64,000 nt of DNA from Paracoccaceae bacterium (GTDB lineage: Bacteria > Pseudomonadota > Alphaproteobacteria > Rhodobacterales > Rhodobacteraceae), in NCBI GenBank assembly GCA_021775315.1, contig JAJFIC010000027.1:8759-72758 (forward strand), in the 5' to 3' direction. Shown in pieces: positions 26,607-36,172 of this stretch. Each line of letters starts with the position of its first letter. Position 1 is the stretch's first letter. The notes below the pieces were generated by a model. That model was not told where the DNA came from and ran no database searches. It saw only the letters and a list, made by a program, of their open reading frames with translations. The translations under genes and the position numbers were made by a program.

Positions 26607-27896
26607 TCAGACGTCTTCAATCCGAATGGCAACGGGCGATTCCAACGTCACCCCAGTGGCCATAATACCGTCCAGCGCGTGGTCGAGTTCGGCCCTCGTG
26701 GTCTTGTGTGTCACCATCAAAACCGGTGCCGCAGCGTCCTGATGACTGTATTGCCGCATTCGGTCGATCGACACGCCCGCATTGGCCAAGGCCCCGGTGA
26801 TTTTGTGCAAAGCACCCGGCGCGTCCTTAAGCGTCAGGCGCAGATAAAATGCCGCCGGAGCAGAGGCTTGCGCCGCCTGAATGTCCTGCAAACCGGTCGC
26901 TGGTTGGCCAAATGTCGACATGCTAAACCCGCGTGCGATATCCATAACGTCGCCCATCACAGCCGAGGCTGTTGGCCCTTCGCCTGCACCCGCGCCCCGC
27001 AGAACGACCTGGCCGACAGCGTCGCCTTCCAGCACAACCATGTTGGTGGCGTTTTCCAACTGCCCCAAGGGTGAGTTCACTGGCACAAGGCAGGGCTGCA
27101 TGCGCTGTTCCAGCCCACGCCCGGTCAATTGCGAAACGCCCAACAGCTTGATCCGAAAGCCCATGTCGCGGGCCTGTTCGATGTCCGTGGTGGAAATCCG
27201 TTGAATCCCCTCCAACGCCACACCGGCGAAATTGACCTTTGTGCCAAAAGCAATCGACGACAAAAGCGCCAGTTTGTGACCGGCATCAATGCCACCGACG
27301 TCCAGATTTGGATCGGCCTCCAAATAACCAAGTGCCTGCGCATCAGCAAAAACCTGATCGTAAGGCACGCCCTCGTTTTCCATCCGGGTCAGAATGTAGT
27401 TGCAGGTGCCGTTCATCACGCCCATGACCCGGGTGATTTGATTGCCCGCCAGACCTTCCGTCAGGGCCTTGATGACCGGGATGCCCCCGGCGACTGCGGC
27501 TTCAAATTTCAGCGCGGTTTTCCCGGCTTCCGCCTGTTCGGCCAAGGCCTGCCCGTGCATCGCCAGCATGGCCTTGTTGGCCGTCACCACATGTTTTCCG
27601 GCCGCAATCGCGGCCTCGGTCGAAGCTTTCGCAGGGCCGTCTTCGCCCCCCATCAGCTCCACATAAACGTCAACGTCATCGCGGGTTGCCAGCACGACCG
27701 GGTCGTCCTCCCATGCGAAACCTGACAGATCGACACCCCGGTCCCGGCCTTTTGAACGTGCCGAAATTGCCGTGATTTCAATCGGTCGACCCGCGCGCTT
27801 GGCCAACAGGTCGGCGTGGCTTTCCAAAATGCGGACAACCCCGACACCGACAGTTCCAAGACCAGCAATTCCTAGGCGTAATGGGTTTGACATCAA
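26607..27896 (-). CDS. hom: Homoserine dehydrogenase
   Basis: N-terminal LRLGIAGLGTVGVGVVRIL, the central homoserine-dehydrogenase catalytic region, and a C-terminal ACT-like domain (FYLRLTLKDAPGALHKITGALANAGVSI). Confidence 0.92.
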   Translation of the reverse strand: MMSNPLRLGIAGLGTVGVGVVRILESHADLLAKRAGRPIEITAISARSKGRDRGVDLSGFAWEDDPVVLATRDDVDVYVELMGGEDGPAKASTEAAIAAGKHVVTANKAMLAMHGQALAEQAEAGKTALKFEAAVAGGIPVIKALTEGLAGNQITRVMGVMNGTCNYILTRMENEGVPYDQVFADAQALGYLEADPNLDVGGIDAGHKLALLSSIAFGTKVNFAGVALEGIQRISTTDIEQARDMGFRIKLLGVSQLTGRGLEQRMQPCLVPVNSPLGQLENATNMVVLEGDAVGQVVLRGAGAGEGPTASAVMGDVMDIARGFSMSTFGQPATGLQDIQAAQASAPAAFYLRLTLKDAPGALHKITGALANAGVSIDRMRQYSHQDAAAPVLMVTHKTTRAELDHALDGIMATGVTLESPVAIRIEDV

Positions 27897-27961
27897 CGAT
27901 GCTCCGATATGGATGGTTCAGGCTGAACGGTTGTTATCGGGAATCGCCCGGGCGCGCAATG

Positions 27962-28276
27962 TCACGGAAGGCGACGTTTTACCGCCTGTTGCATCCTAAG
28001 CCGTTCCTGAATCGCCAGCACCGGCCCTTTTAGCAGTCGGGCCCGGCGGCGCAGATTGGCAGCACGGATTTCAAGGGTTCGGATTTCGGCCATCGAGCGG
28101 TCAAAATCGACCAAATCATTGCTTATAATGGTGTTCACCGGCAGAAAACCCGGCCAGGGGGCGTTCAGCGTCTCTTCAGAAAAGCTTGACGTTACATCAG
28201 GGAATCGTTGCTGCGTGCAGCCCAATAACAGGACAGCACAAAACCCAAACACAAAAATATGTCGTATCATCGACAT
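27962..28276 (-). CDS. Small lipoprotein (104 aa)
   Basis: Start trimmed to ATG 28276: MSMIRHIFVFGFCAVLLLGC has the lipobox L-L-G-C. Basic helical C-terminus. Confidence 0.55.
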   Translation of the reverse strand: MSMIRHIFVFGFCAVLLLGCTQQRFPDVTSSFSEETLNAPWPGFLPVNTIISNDLVDFDRSMAEIRTLEIRAANLRRRARLLKGPVLAIQERLRMQQAVKRRLP

Positions 28277-28387
28277 TGCAAAAAGTCTTCTGGCAGCGAA
28301 CGGTCGGCAGATGGCCGTGCTTAACAATAGGCGAGGTCGGTCTGAGTCGCCAAGCCTCTGAAAAAAAATACTTATCCACAGGCTGGG

Positions 28388-28407
28388 AATTGAACAGATG
28401 TTCAGTT
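28388..28407. promoter_or_regulatory. Candidate TetR operator AATTGAACA-GA-TGTTCAGTT
   Basis: 9+2+9 inverted repeat with one mismatch (perfect core TGAACA/TGTTCA). It ends 23 nt upstream of the TetR ATG (28431), just before the AGGAGG RBS. Confidence 0.45.
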
Positions 28408-28430
28408 ATATTCCCTGTACAGGAGGGGTT

Positions 28431-29018
28431 ATGGGGCGAAAAACCGGATCACATTCAGAAATTACCGGCCCGAAAATTCGGTTGGCGGCGCTGAAACTGT
28501 TCGCGCGACACGGCTTTGCGGCAGTTTCGATGCGCCAGATCGCCCTGGATGTCGGGGTGCAGGCGGGTGCGCTATATCTTTATACGCCGGACAAACAAAG
28601 CCTGCTGTTTGGCCTGATGCAAGATCACATGACCGGACTGTTGGCCGCTTGGGCAACCCAGCCGCAACCGGCAAACCCTGTCGATCAGCTGCGCCATTTT
28701 ACAGAGTTTCACATTCTTTACCATCTGGACCGGCCCGACGCGGTTTTTGTGTCCTATATGGAACTGCGCAATCTGACGCCGGAAAACTTTGCCATCATCG
28801 AAGGGTTACGACGCAGTTACGAGGACGAGCTGGAGGCCATCCTGAAGCGCGGCCAGACCACCGATGTGTTTTCGCTGCCAGACACCAAGATTGCCACGCT
28901 TGCGCTGATTGCGATGCTGACAGGTGTTAACACCTGGTATCGGCAATCCGGTCGTCTGAGCCGCAACAAGGTTAACGCGATCTATTGGGATATGGTGCGC
29001 AAGGCCGTTGCTGCCTGA
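28431..29018 (+). CDS. TetR/AcrR-family transcriptional regulator
   Basis: ATG 28431 is preceded by AGGAGG. HTH RLAALKLFARHGFAAVSMRQIALDVGVQAGALYLYTPDKQSLL. Confidence 0.88.
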   Translation: MGRKTGSHSEITGPKIRLAALKLFARHGFAAVSMRQIALDVGVQAGALYLYTPDKQSLLFGLMQDHMTGLLAAWATQPQPANPVDQLRHFTEFHILYHLDRPDAVFVSYMELRNLTPENFAIIEGLRRSYEDELEAILKRGQTTDVFSLPDTKIATLALIAMLTGVNTWYRQSGRLSRNKVNAIYWDMVRKAVAA

Positions 29019-29059
29019 GGGATATCGCCAACCTTTCTAAGTTTACAATGACGGATAAA

Positions 29060-29839
29060 TCAGGCCGCGTCAGCCGTCGTTCGAGCTGTGTTGGCATGCA
29101 TGGCGCGCAGATCTTCCAGCGACAAATAGCCAATGCCGGCGGCATCCCCTGCGAAAACCGAAAACGGTGCCGCCGGGTGCCCCAGATCGCTGATGACCAA
29201 GCGCGCGCCAACAAACCGGTCGCCCAAAGTGTAAAGGCTTGGCGTGGCGATCACGCCCATCCCCAAACTGGCGGCGGCAGCGGTGCCCTGACCGCCATCT
29301 TCGATCACTGTGACGCTGTCCGGGCGCTGGCCCAGCCGCTCAAGACAGGTTTTGTATGCCTGCACAGGTGATGCGCCTTGCAGGTCTTCTGCCGCGACTG
29401 AGACTGACAATGCGTCAAGGATTTCCAGCCCGAAACGGTTGAACAACAGCGTTTCAAATTCGGCGCGTGGCCCGGTCGAACACAGACCCAGTTTCACACC
29501 GGATGAAATAACCTCGCCCATCAGGCGGGCGACACCGGGGCGCAGGGGGGCGGCCCCTGCTTCAAGCAGATTGAGGTAAATACTGCTTTGGCGTTTTGGA
29601 ATTTGGTCCAGCAAACCGTTGCGTTCCAACCGGTTAAACATTTCGGGATGGCGAAGCAGGGCGTAAAACTCAACCTCGGCCCCCGGCAAAGCGTTGGCAA
29701 GAATTTGGGCAAAAGCCGCCCGGCCCCAAACCCAATCCAGCCCAACCTCGGCAAAGGCCTGATTGAACGCGGCCCGTTTGACATCGGCCGTTTCAGCGAT
29801 TGTTCCGCCGACATCAAAGATCAGTGCCCTGAGTGTCAT
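29060..29839 (-). CDS. HAD-superfamily hydrolase (CbbY-like) with variant motif I D-V-G-G-T
   Basis: MTLRALIFDVGGTIAETADVKRAAFNQAFAEVGLDW; motif II LCSTG; motif IV VIEDGGQG. Start at ATG 29839. Confidence 0.7.
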   Translation of the reverse strand: MTLRALIFDVGGTIAETADVKRAAFNQAFAEVGLDWVWGRAAFAQILANALPGAEVEFYALLRHPEMFNRLERNGLLDQIPKRQSSIYLNLLEAGAAPLRPGVARLMGEVISSGVKLGLCSTGPRAEFETLLFNRFGLEILDALSVSVAAEDLQGASPVQAYKTCLERLGQRPDSVTVIEDGGQGTAAAASLGMGVIATPSLYTLGDRFVGARLVISDLGHPAAPFSVFAGDAAGIGYLSLEDLRAMHANTARTTADAA

Positions 29840-29910
29840 AATAGCCCCTTTCACGACGTTTCCAGAGGCTCAGCATGTGACAGAATCAGTTAACGAGCGG
29901 TTACCGCGCC

Positions 29911-29946
29911 CACAAAAGCAAAGGGCGGCACATCAGCACCGCCCTT
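29911..29946 (-). terminator. Rho-independent terminator of glyA
   Basis: AAGGGCGG (29921-29928) and CCGCCCTT (29939-29946) form an 8-bp stem. On the minus strand it is followed by TGCTTTTGTG. It starts 24 nt after the glyA stop. Confidence 0.6.
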
Positions 29947-29969
29947 AATGGCTTGAATTCAAATGAAAA

Positions 29970-31265
29970 TTACAGATCGTCGTAGATCGGGAACCGCGCG
30001 CAAAGTTCGCCAACCTTGGCCTTGACCGCAGCCTCGACCGCGCTGTTGCCGTGTTCGCCATTGGCCGCCAGACCATCCACAACTTCGACAATCATCTCGC
30101 CGATCAGGGTAAATTCATCAGCGCCAAACCCTCGTGTCGTCCCCGCAGGCGAGCCCAGACGCACACCGGATGTTACGGTCGGCTTTTCCGGGTCAAACGG
30201 AATGCCGTTCTTGTTGCAGGTGATGTTGGCGCGGCCCAATGCGGCCTCGGTCGCGTTGCCTTTGACGCCTTTGGGGCGCAGATCGACCAACAGCACATGG
30301 GTGTCCGTGCCGCCTGTGATGATATCAATTCCGCCTTTGATCAATGTGTCCGCCAGCACTTGTGCGTTCTTGATCACCTGTTGCTGGTAGGTCTTGAATT
30401 CGGGCCGTAAAGCTTCGCCAAAGGCCACGGCCTTGGCGGCAATCACATGCATTAACGGGCCGCCCTGAATGCCGGGGAAAATGGCGGAATTCACTTTCTT
30501 AGCGATTGCTTCATCATTTGTCAGGATCATGCCACCACGCGGACCTCGCAAGGTTTTGTGAGTCGTCGTCGTTGCCACATGCGCATGCGGAAAGGGCGAC
30601 GGATGCTCACCCGCTGCAACCAAACCGGCGAAATGCGCCATATCAACATGGAGGTATGCACCAACCATATCAGCAATCTGACGCATCCGCGCGAAATCGA
30701 TCTGCCGTGGAATGGCCGATCCACCCGCGATCAGAATCTTTGGCTTATGTTCTTTGGCCAGTTCCTCGATCTGATCGTAATCAATCAGGTTGTCTTGCTT
30801 TCGCACGCCGTATTGGACAGCATTAAACCATTTGCCCGACTGGTTTGGCGCAGCACCGTGTGTCAGGTGACCGCCAGAGGCAAGGTTCATGCCCAAAATG
30901 GTGTCACCGGGCTGGATCAACGCCTGCATCACGCCTTGGTTTGCCTGGCTGCCGGAATTTGGCTGCACATTGACAAAGCCGCAATCAAACAACTCTTTGG
31001 CGCGCGCAATCGCCAGATTTTCAGCGACGTCGACATATTCGCAGCCGCCATAATACCGCCGCCCGGAATATCCTTCGGCGTATTTGTTGGTCATGACGCT
31101 GCCTTGCGCCTGCATCACGGCCTTGGATACGATGTTTTCCGAAGCGATCAGTTCGATCTCGTCGCGCTGGCGGCCAAGCTCGTTGCTGATGGCGTTGGCG
31201 ATGTCGGGGTCGCGGGTTGACAGGTCTTCGCTGAAAAAACCGGAATCGCGGACAGTTGCAGTCAT
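29970..31265 (-). CDS. glyA: Serine hydroxymethyltransferase
   Basis: Start at ATG 31265 with an AAGGAGA RBS; the track start 31436 is an over-extension. [31 protein letters not shown] (PLP lysine). Confidence 0.93.
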   Translation of the reverse strand: MTATVRDSGFFSEDLSTRDPDIANAISNELGRQRDEIELIASENIVSKAVMQAQGSVMTNKYAEGYSGRRYYGGCEYVDVAENLAIARAKELFDCGFVNVQPNSGSQANQGVMQALIQPGDTILGMNLASGGHLTHGAAPNQSGKWFNAVQYGVRKQDNLIDYDQIEELAKEHKPKILIAGGSAIPRQIDFARMRQIADMVGAYLHVDMAHFAGLVAAGEHPSPFPHAHVATTTTHKTLRGPRGGMILTNDEAIAKKVNSAIFPGIQGGPLMHVIAAKAVAFGEALRPEFKTYQQQVIKNAQVLADTLIKGGIDIITGGTDTHVLLVDLRPKGVKGNATEAALGRANITCNKNGIPFDPEKPTVTSGVRLGSPAGTTRGFGADEFTLIGEMIVEVVDGLAANGEHGNSAVEAAVKAKVGELCARFPIYDDL

Positions 31266-31519
31266 GGTGTGTCTCCTTGCGGGGCAGGTGTCGAGTTCAC
31301 TGGATGCGCGTTTAGCGGATGCTTTGGCCTGTCGAAACACCAAAACCGACAAGGGCGACGATTTGCGCGCCATTGATGGCTGCCAAACGCAGATGCATGA
31401 TCGATGTGCGTCAACGCCGCCCGATCCGGCTGCCATTGCCCCTTATGCAAGTTTATCCTTGAACCCGGCGGTATCAAAGGCAAGATTGGCAGAACCTTTT
31501 CACCGGAGCCTGATCCGCC

Positions 31520-32287
31520 ATGCAACCGCGCCCCAAAATCTGCTTTCTGGCCAGCGACGCTGACATGGCCGAAGATTCTGCGATCAGCCTGCGGGCGATT
31601 TACGGCAATGTGGAACCGGCGCAAGCCGACATGATCGTGGCGTTGGGGGGCGATGGTTTCATGCTGTCGACGCTTTATTCAACCGAACGGCTGGATACGC
31701 CGGTATACGGAATGAACCGTGGCACCGTTGGATTTTTGATGAATGAATTCAATCACGAAGGCCTGTTTGAGCGGCTGGAGCAAGCGGAAGAGGCGGTTCT
31801 TAATCCGCTCAGGATGCGCGCAATTTGCGTTGATGGAACAACGGTTGAGGCTTTGGCGATTAACGAGGTTTCGCTTTATCGCGGCGGCCCGCAGGCGGCC
31901 AAGCTCAGGATCACGATCGACGGGCGGGTTCGGATGGATGAACTGGTTTGCGATGGCGCGCTGGTGTCCACACCTGCCGGTTCGACCGCCTATAATTATT
32001 CCGCCCATGGCCCGATCCTGCCAATTGGTGCCGATGTCTTGGCCCTGACCCCGGTTGCGGCCTTTCGCCCAAGGCGTTGGCGCGGCGCGCTTTTGCCGAA
32101 AACAGCGACGGTCCGGTTTGATGTTCTAGAGGCCAAGAAACGCCCGGTGTCAGCCGTTGCCGACAGTCGCGAAGCCCATGATATTTTGTCCGTTGAAATC
32201 CACAGCGAGCCGGATATCCGCCACCGTATCCTTTTTGATCCCGGTCATGGGCTGGAAGAGCGGCTGACCCGCGAACAATTCGTCTAA
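31520..32287 (+). CDS. nadK: NAD kinase
   Basis: [38 protein letters not shown]. Confidence 0.9.
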   Translation: MQPRPKICFLASDADMAEDSAISLRAIYGNVEPAQADMIVALGGDGFMLSTLYSTERLDTPVYGMNRGTVGFLMNEFNHEGLFERLEQAEEAVLNPLRMRAICVDGTTVEALAINEVSLYRGGPQAAKLRITIDGRVRMDELVCDGALVSTPAGSTAYNYSAHGPILPIGADVLALTPVAAFRPRRWRGALLPKTATVRFDVLEAKKRPVSAVADSREAHDILSVEIHSEPDIRHRILFDPGHGLEERLTREQFV

Positions 32288-32307
32288 CACCAGCGAGGAA
32301 TGGTTCC

Positions 32308-33738
32308 ATGGCAGATTTCACCGGTCCCGAGCTATGTAAGCTTTCAGCGGTCGAGGCCGTTCAAATGCTGCGCCGCAAAGAGGTTTCAGCGGATGAATTG
32401 CTTGACGCCTCACTGACCCGGATCGCTGAGGTTGAACCAAGCGTTAACGCCACGGTCACGGTTTGTGCAGATCGCGCCCGCGCCCAGATCAGAGACCTGC
32501 CGGATGGGTCAGATCAGGTGGGTTGGTTGGCGGGATTGCCGATTGCCATCAAGGACTTGAACAATGTCGCGGGTGTTCGGACTTCGTTTGCCACGCAAGC
32601 ACTGGCCGATTTTGTGCCGGATGTCAGCGAGCCGTTGGTCGAGCGGTTGGAAAATCGCGGTGGCGTGATTGTTGGCAAGACCAACACGCCGGAAATGGGC
32701 GCGGGCGGCAACACGACCAATGCTGTTTTTGGCGCGACGCGCAATCCGTGGGACACACGCAAAAACGCCGGTGGGTCTTCTGGCGGCGCGGCTGTATCAC
32801 TGGCAACGGGCGAGGTTTGGTTGTCGCAAGGCTCCGACCTCGCAGGCTCAATCCGCACCCCGTCAGCCTATTGCGGCGTGGTTGGATTGCGCCCCAGTCC
32901 GGGCCGGGCCGGGGGAGGTCCCGCCGGGATCGCCTTTGAACGCGAAGGTTTGGCCGGGCCGATGGCGCGCAACCTGGCTGACACCGCGCTGTTTCTTGAC
33001 GCAATGACAGGGTTTGATCCGCGTCTGCCCCTGTCAATTGAAGCACCAATGCAGTCGTTTCAGGCGGCCTTGTTGGCGGAACCGGGTGAAATTCGTGTGG
33101 CTTTTGCCCCGACCCTGAAGGGTTTTGGCGAGGTAGAACCGGAAATTAAGGCCATCATGCAAACGGCGCTGGAAGCTGCGCAAGCAGTAGGCGTTACCGT
33201 CGATCACGCCTGTCCGGACCTTTCCGGGTTAGAGGAAACCTATCTGACCCTGCGCGGGGTGCATTATGGTGCGCTGACCGCCAAATTGCCGCCAGAGGTG
33301 CGCCAACATTTCAAACCCACCCTGCAAAGCAATATTGCCTTTGGGCTGGCGCTGACGGCAGATGACATATTCAGGGCGATGGCGCAGCGCACGGTTTTGT
33401 ATCATTCTGTGCGCGCGTTTTTGACCAAGTGGGATGTGCTGGCCTGCGCTGTGGTGGGGCTTGAACCGACGAATGTCGAGGTTGAATATCCCGGTTCCGT
33501 CAACGGCGTGGCCACCAAGGATTACGTGGAATGGCTGAAGTTTTCCTATTTGGGTGTTACTACGACATTGCCAAGCATGTCTTTGCCGTGCGGGTTTACG
33601 GCCTCTGGCATGCCCGTTGGTTTGCAGTTGATCGGACCATCACGGGGTGAGGCGCGGCTTTTGCAAGTGGCTAAACGGCTCGAGTTAATCTGGGGGTTTG
33701 ACAAGGCCGTGCCGATTGACCCAGTCGTCAAAGTGTAG
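32308..33738 (+). CDS. Amidase-signature family amidase
   Basis: GKTNTPEMG and NAGGSSGGAAVSLATG, followed by GSDLAGSIRTPSAYCG. Confidence 0.88.
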   Translation: MADFTGPELCKLSAVEAVQMLRRKEVSADELLDASLTRIAEVEPSVNATVTVCADRARAQIRDLPDGSDQVGWLAGLPIAIKDLNNVAGVRTSFATQALADFVPDVSEPLVERLENRGGVIVGKTNTPEMGAGGNTTNAVFGATRNPWDTRKNAGGSSGGAAVSLATGEVWLSQGSDLAGSIRTPSAYCGVVGLRPSPGRAGGGPAGIAFEREGLAGPMARNLADTALFLDAMTGFDPRLPLSIEAPMQSFQAALLAEPGEIRVAFAPTLKGFGEVEPEIKAIMQTALEAAQAVGVTVDHACPDLSGLEETYLTLRGVHYGALTAKLPPEVRQHFKPTLQSNIAFGLALTADDIFRAMAQRTVLYHSVRAFLTKWDVLACAVVGLEPTNVEVEYPGSVNGVATKDYVEWLKFSYLGVTTTLPSMSLPCGFTASGMPVGLQLIGPSRGEARLLQVAKRLELIWGFDKAVPIDPVVKV

Positions 33739-33756
33739 CCCCCAAAAAGATTCTAT

Positions 33757-33812
33757 GCCTTCGGCGAGGATATTTTAGGAAAAAGAGAAGGCATGATGCA
33801 GGCAGTGCCTTC
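33757..33812 (+). repeat. Dispersed 3'-of-gene element, copy A: conserved box, A-rich tract, hairpin
   Basis: GCCTTCGGCGAGGATATTTT (33757-33776), then AGGAAAAAGA, then hairpin GAAGGCA-N12-TGCCTTC (33787-33812). It starts 19 nt after the amidase stop and has the same orientation as that gene. Confidence 0.6.
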
Positions 33813-33831
33813 GTTCCGTTTGGTCCAGCCT

Positions 33832-35154
33832 TTATGGGTTGATATAGTGGATTTTATCGAAATCCCGGCGGAATCCGCTTACACGCTGGCCGATTAAGGC
33901 CGGATCATTGCTGATTAATGCGTCAGCGATAAAATCCGCGATTTGTTTCGCATGGGTTTCATCCATGCCCCAGCGCACGATTTCCGGTGTGCCGATGCGC
34001 AGACCATTCATGTCATTTGGCAGGGTTTCGATCGGCAGGCCGATACCGCAGGTCAGAATATTGGCAAGGCGCAATTTCTTGGCTGCGGTTTGCCCACCGC
34101 CCAATGCGCGCGCGTCAATGGCAAACTGGTGCGACGTGGTTACGCCTTTTGCTGAGGCAAAAATCTGAATGCCGCGTGCCTCAAGCGCTTTGGCCATGGC
34201 TTGGGCGACCGACACCATTTTTGCGGCGTAATCCGCGCCGTGATCGCGCCAATCCAGCATTGTCATCGCCAGCGCTGCCGATTTCGCCGCGTCGAAATTC
34301 GCGGTCAGCCCCGGAAAAGCGATGGCGTCAAGGCGTTCGGCCAGATCAGCCTCGTTGCTGACGATCAGACCACCAGCAGGACCGCCGAGGCTTTTATACG
34401 TGCTCATTGTCATCAGATGCGCGCCTTGTTCCAGCGGGTTATCCCAAGCGCCGCCTGCGATCATGCCGCACAGATGGGCCGCGTCAAACAGCACGTAGGC
34501 CCCGATTTCGTCGGCAATGGCGCGCACGTCTTTGATCGGGTGGGCGAACAGGTTGAGGCTGCCGCCAGTGGTGATCAGTTTCGGGCGCACCTTTTGGGCC
34601 AGCGCACGCAATCCTTTCAGATCAAGGGTATAGCCGTCGGCGTTGACCGGGGCATGATGGATGTCCAAGCCGTAAAGCCCGGCCGCCCCGTCCTTGTGGT
34701 GGGTCACATGACCGCCGATGCTGCCGGGTGGCACGATGATGGCATCACCCGGTTTGGTGGTCGCCATGAAAGCGTAAAGGTTTGCCAGCGCGCCCGATGC
34801 GACCCGGATTTCGGCATATTTCGCCTTGAAGACCTCGGCGCAAAGCTCAGCCGCGATCACCTCGATCTGTTCGATGCCTTCCAGACCCATTTCGTATTTA
34901 TCGCCGGGATATCCCAGCGATGGCCGCGAACCTAGTCCGCGCGCCAACAACGCCTCGGCCTTAGGGTTCATCACGTTGGTGGCGGGGTTAAGGTTCAGGC
35001 AATCCCGCTCGTGGATTTGCGCGTTCAGAACCGTCAACGCCTCGATCTGATCGGCGATTGTGGCACTTGATTGGCCGGGAATATCACGCGCGACGTTCTG
35101 GATATAGGTTTCGCAATGGGCGGGAACCCAAGGGCGGGCGGCGAGGTTTGGCAT
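33832..35154 (-). CDS. SHMT-family PLP enzyme (second, divergent glyA paralog)
   Basis: SIGGHVTHH and MSTYKSLGGPAGGLI correspond to the GGHLTHG and [11 protein letters not shown] motifs of SHMT. 440 aa. Confidence 0.75.
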   Translation of the reverse strand: MPNLAARPWVPAHCETYIQNVARDIPGQSSATIADQIEALTVLNAQIHERDCLNLNPATNVMNPKAEALLARGLGSRPSLGYPGDKYEMGLEGIEQIEVIAAELCAEVFKAKYAEIRVASGALANLYAFMATTKPGDAIIVPPGSIGGHVTHHKDGAAGLYGLDIHHAPVNADGYTLDLKGLRALAQKVRPKLITTGGSLNLFAHPIKDVRAIADEIGAYVLFDAAHLCGMIAGGAWDNPLEQGAHLMTMSTYKSLGGPAGGLIVSNEADLAERLDAIAFPGLTANFDAAKSAALAMTMLDWRDHGADYAAKMVSVAQAMAKALEARGIQIFASAKGVTTSHQFAIDARALGGGQTAAKKLRLANILTCGIGLPIETLPNDMNGLRIGTPEIVRWGMDETHAKQIADFIADALISNDPALIGQRVSGFRRDFDKIHYINP

Positions 35155-35257
35155 GGGATGCTCCGGATTAAAGTCGTTTGCGGGATGAAAGCCCGGATTG
35201 ACTTTTGGCGCAAATCAGTTTTCCTATTTACTAGGCATAGAAAAACTAAGGCAAGTG

Positions 35258-36148
35258 ATGAGCGTCAAACCCCCGCGACACCGGCTGCCACCACTAAACG
35301 CCATGCGCGCGTTCGAGGCAGCGGCGCGTCTTGGCGGCATTTCGCGCGCCGCAGACGAGTTATGCGTGACCCCCGGCGCGGTCGCACAGCATATCAAAGC
35401 GCTGGAAGACTGGGCCGGGGCGGCCCTGTTTTCGCGCCACGCCCGTGGTGTGACGCTGAGCGATCTTGGGCAAAGATGTCTGGGCGATTTTGAGGCGGCG
35501 TTTGATCAGTTGCATATGGCGACGCAAAACCTGCGCATCCGGGCGGCACCCAATTCGATCCGCATCGCGGCCCTGCCGTCTTTGGCACAGCTTTGGTTGT
35601 CACCGCGAATGCCGGGGCTGCGGGCGCGGTTTCCTGACGCGCGGATTTCGGTCGCGGCACTGGAGCAGCCGCCGAATATGGAGCGCGAAGGGTACGATAT
35701 TTCGGTGTTTCTGGAAACAAATGCCGACGGTTCTGCGTCGCCTGCTGAGGTTCTGGCCGCCGATCATATCCTGCCGGTGTGTGCGCCTGCCTTGGCGGCG
35801 CAATTGCAGCATCCGGCAGATTTGGCCGACGTCTTGTGGTTGAGAGATTCCATCTGGGAACAGGATTGGGCGCTATGGCTGGAAAAGGCGGCGGTCGAAC
35901 TGCCAAACCTGCCGGACTCCGTAAGTTTTTCACTGTATTCTTTGGCCGTTGAAGAGGCGTGCAATGGCGCCGGGGTTCTGATGGGCCACAAGGCGTTGGT
36001 TGAACGGCATCTTAGCGATGGCAGTCTTGTGGCGCCGTTTGCGGATGTGGTGCCGACCGGCAAAGTGATCACTGCACGGCTAAGGTCCGGCGATCAGCGG
36101 GATTTGCCCGCTCAAATATTAGCGGCATTACGCCTTACGCGCGCGTAG
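35258..36148 (+). CDS. LysR-family regulator (GcvA-like N-terminus)
   Basis: Start at ATG 35258: MSVKPPRHRLPPLNAMRAFEAAARLGGISRAADELCVTPGAVAQHIKALE. Divergent from the SHMT paralog. Confidence 0.88.
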   Translation: MSVKPPRHRLPPLNAMRAFEAAARLGGISRAADELCVTPGAVAQHIKALEDWAGAALFSRHARGVTLSDLGQRCLGDFEAAFDQLHMATQNLRIRAAPNSIRIAALPSLAQLWLSPRMPGLRARFPDARISVAALEQPPNMEREGYDISVFLETNADGSASPAEVLAADHILPVCAPALAAQLQHPADLADVLWLRDSIWEQDWALWLEKAAVELPNLPDSVSFSLYSLAVEEACNGAGVLMGHKALVERHLSDGSLVAPFADVVPTGKVITARLRSGDQRDLPAQILAALRLTRA

Positions 36149-36169
36149 CGTCTTGTGACGCAAGACGCT
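36147..36169. terminator. Perfect 9-bp hairpin between convergent stops
   Basis: AGCGTCTTG-TGACG-CAAGACGCT overlaps the LysR stop codon and ends 4 nt before the bicupin stop. No T tract on either side. Confidence 0.35.
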
Positions 36170-36172
36170 GAT

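Noticed and set aside
31266-31519. Possible riboswitch (for example ZTP/pfl) in the 254-nt region upstream of glyA.
   Set aside because: I read the minus-strand leader and found neither the pfl pseudoknot core (GGGTCGTGAC ... CCGCCTGGGCA-like) nor another riboswitch signature. I found only one weak 7-bp hairpin. The region also contains the divergent nadK promoter. An Rfam/Infernal scan would settle it.
33757-33800. Peptide-like translation of the dispersed repeat: AFGEDIL.., AFGEDIFKKKK.., AFGESIW.., PPEDICKKQ...
   Set aside because: No start codon lies in that frame, the stop positions are inconsistent, and the only ATG in copy A is in a different frame (MPSARIF*). The similarity is explained by nucleotide conservation of a non-coding element.
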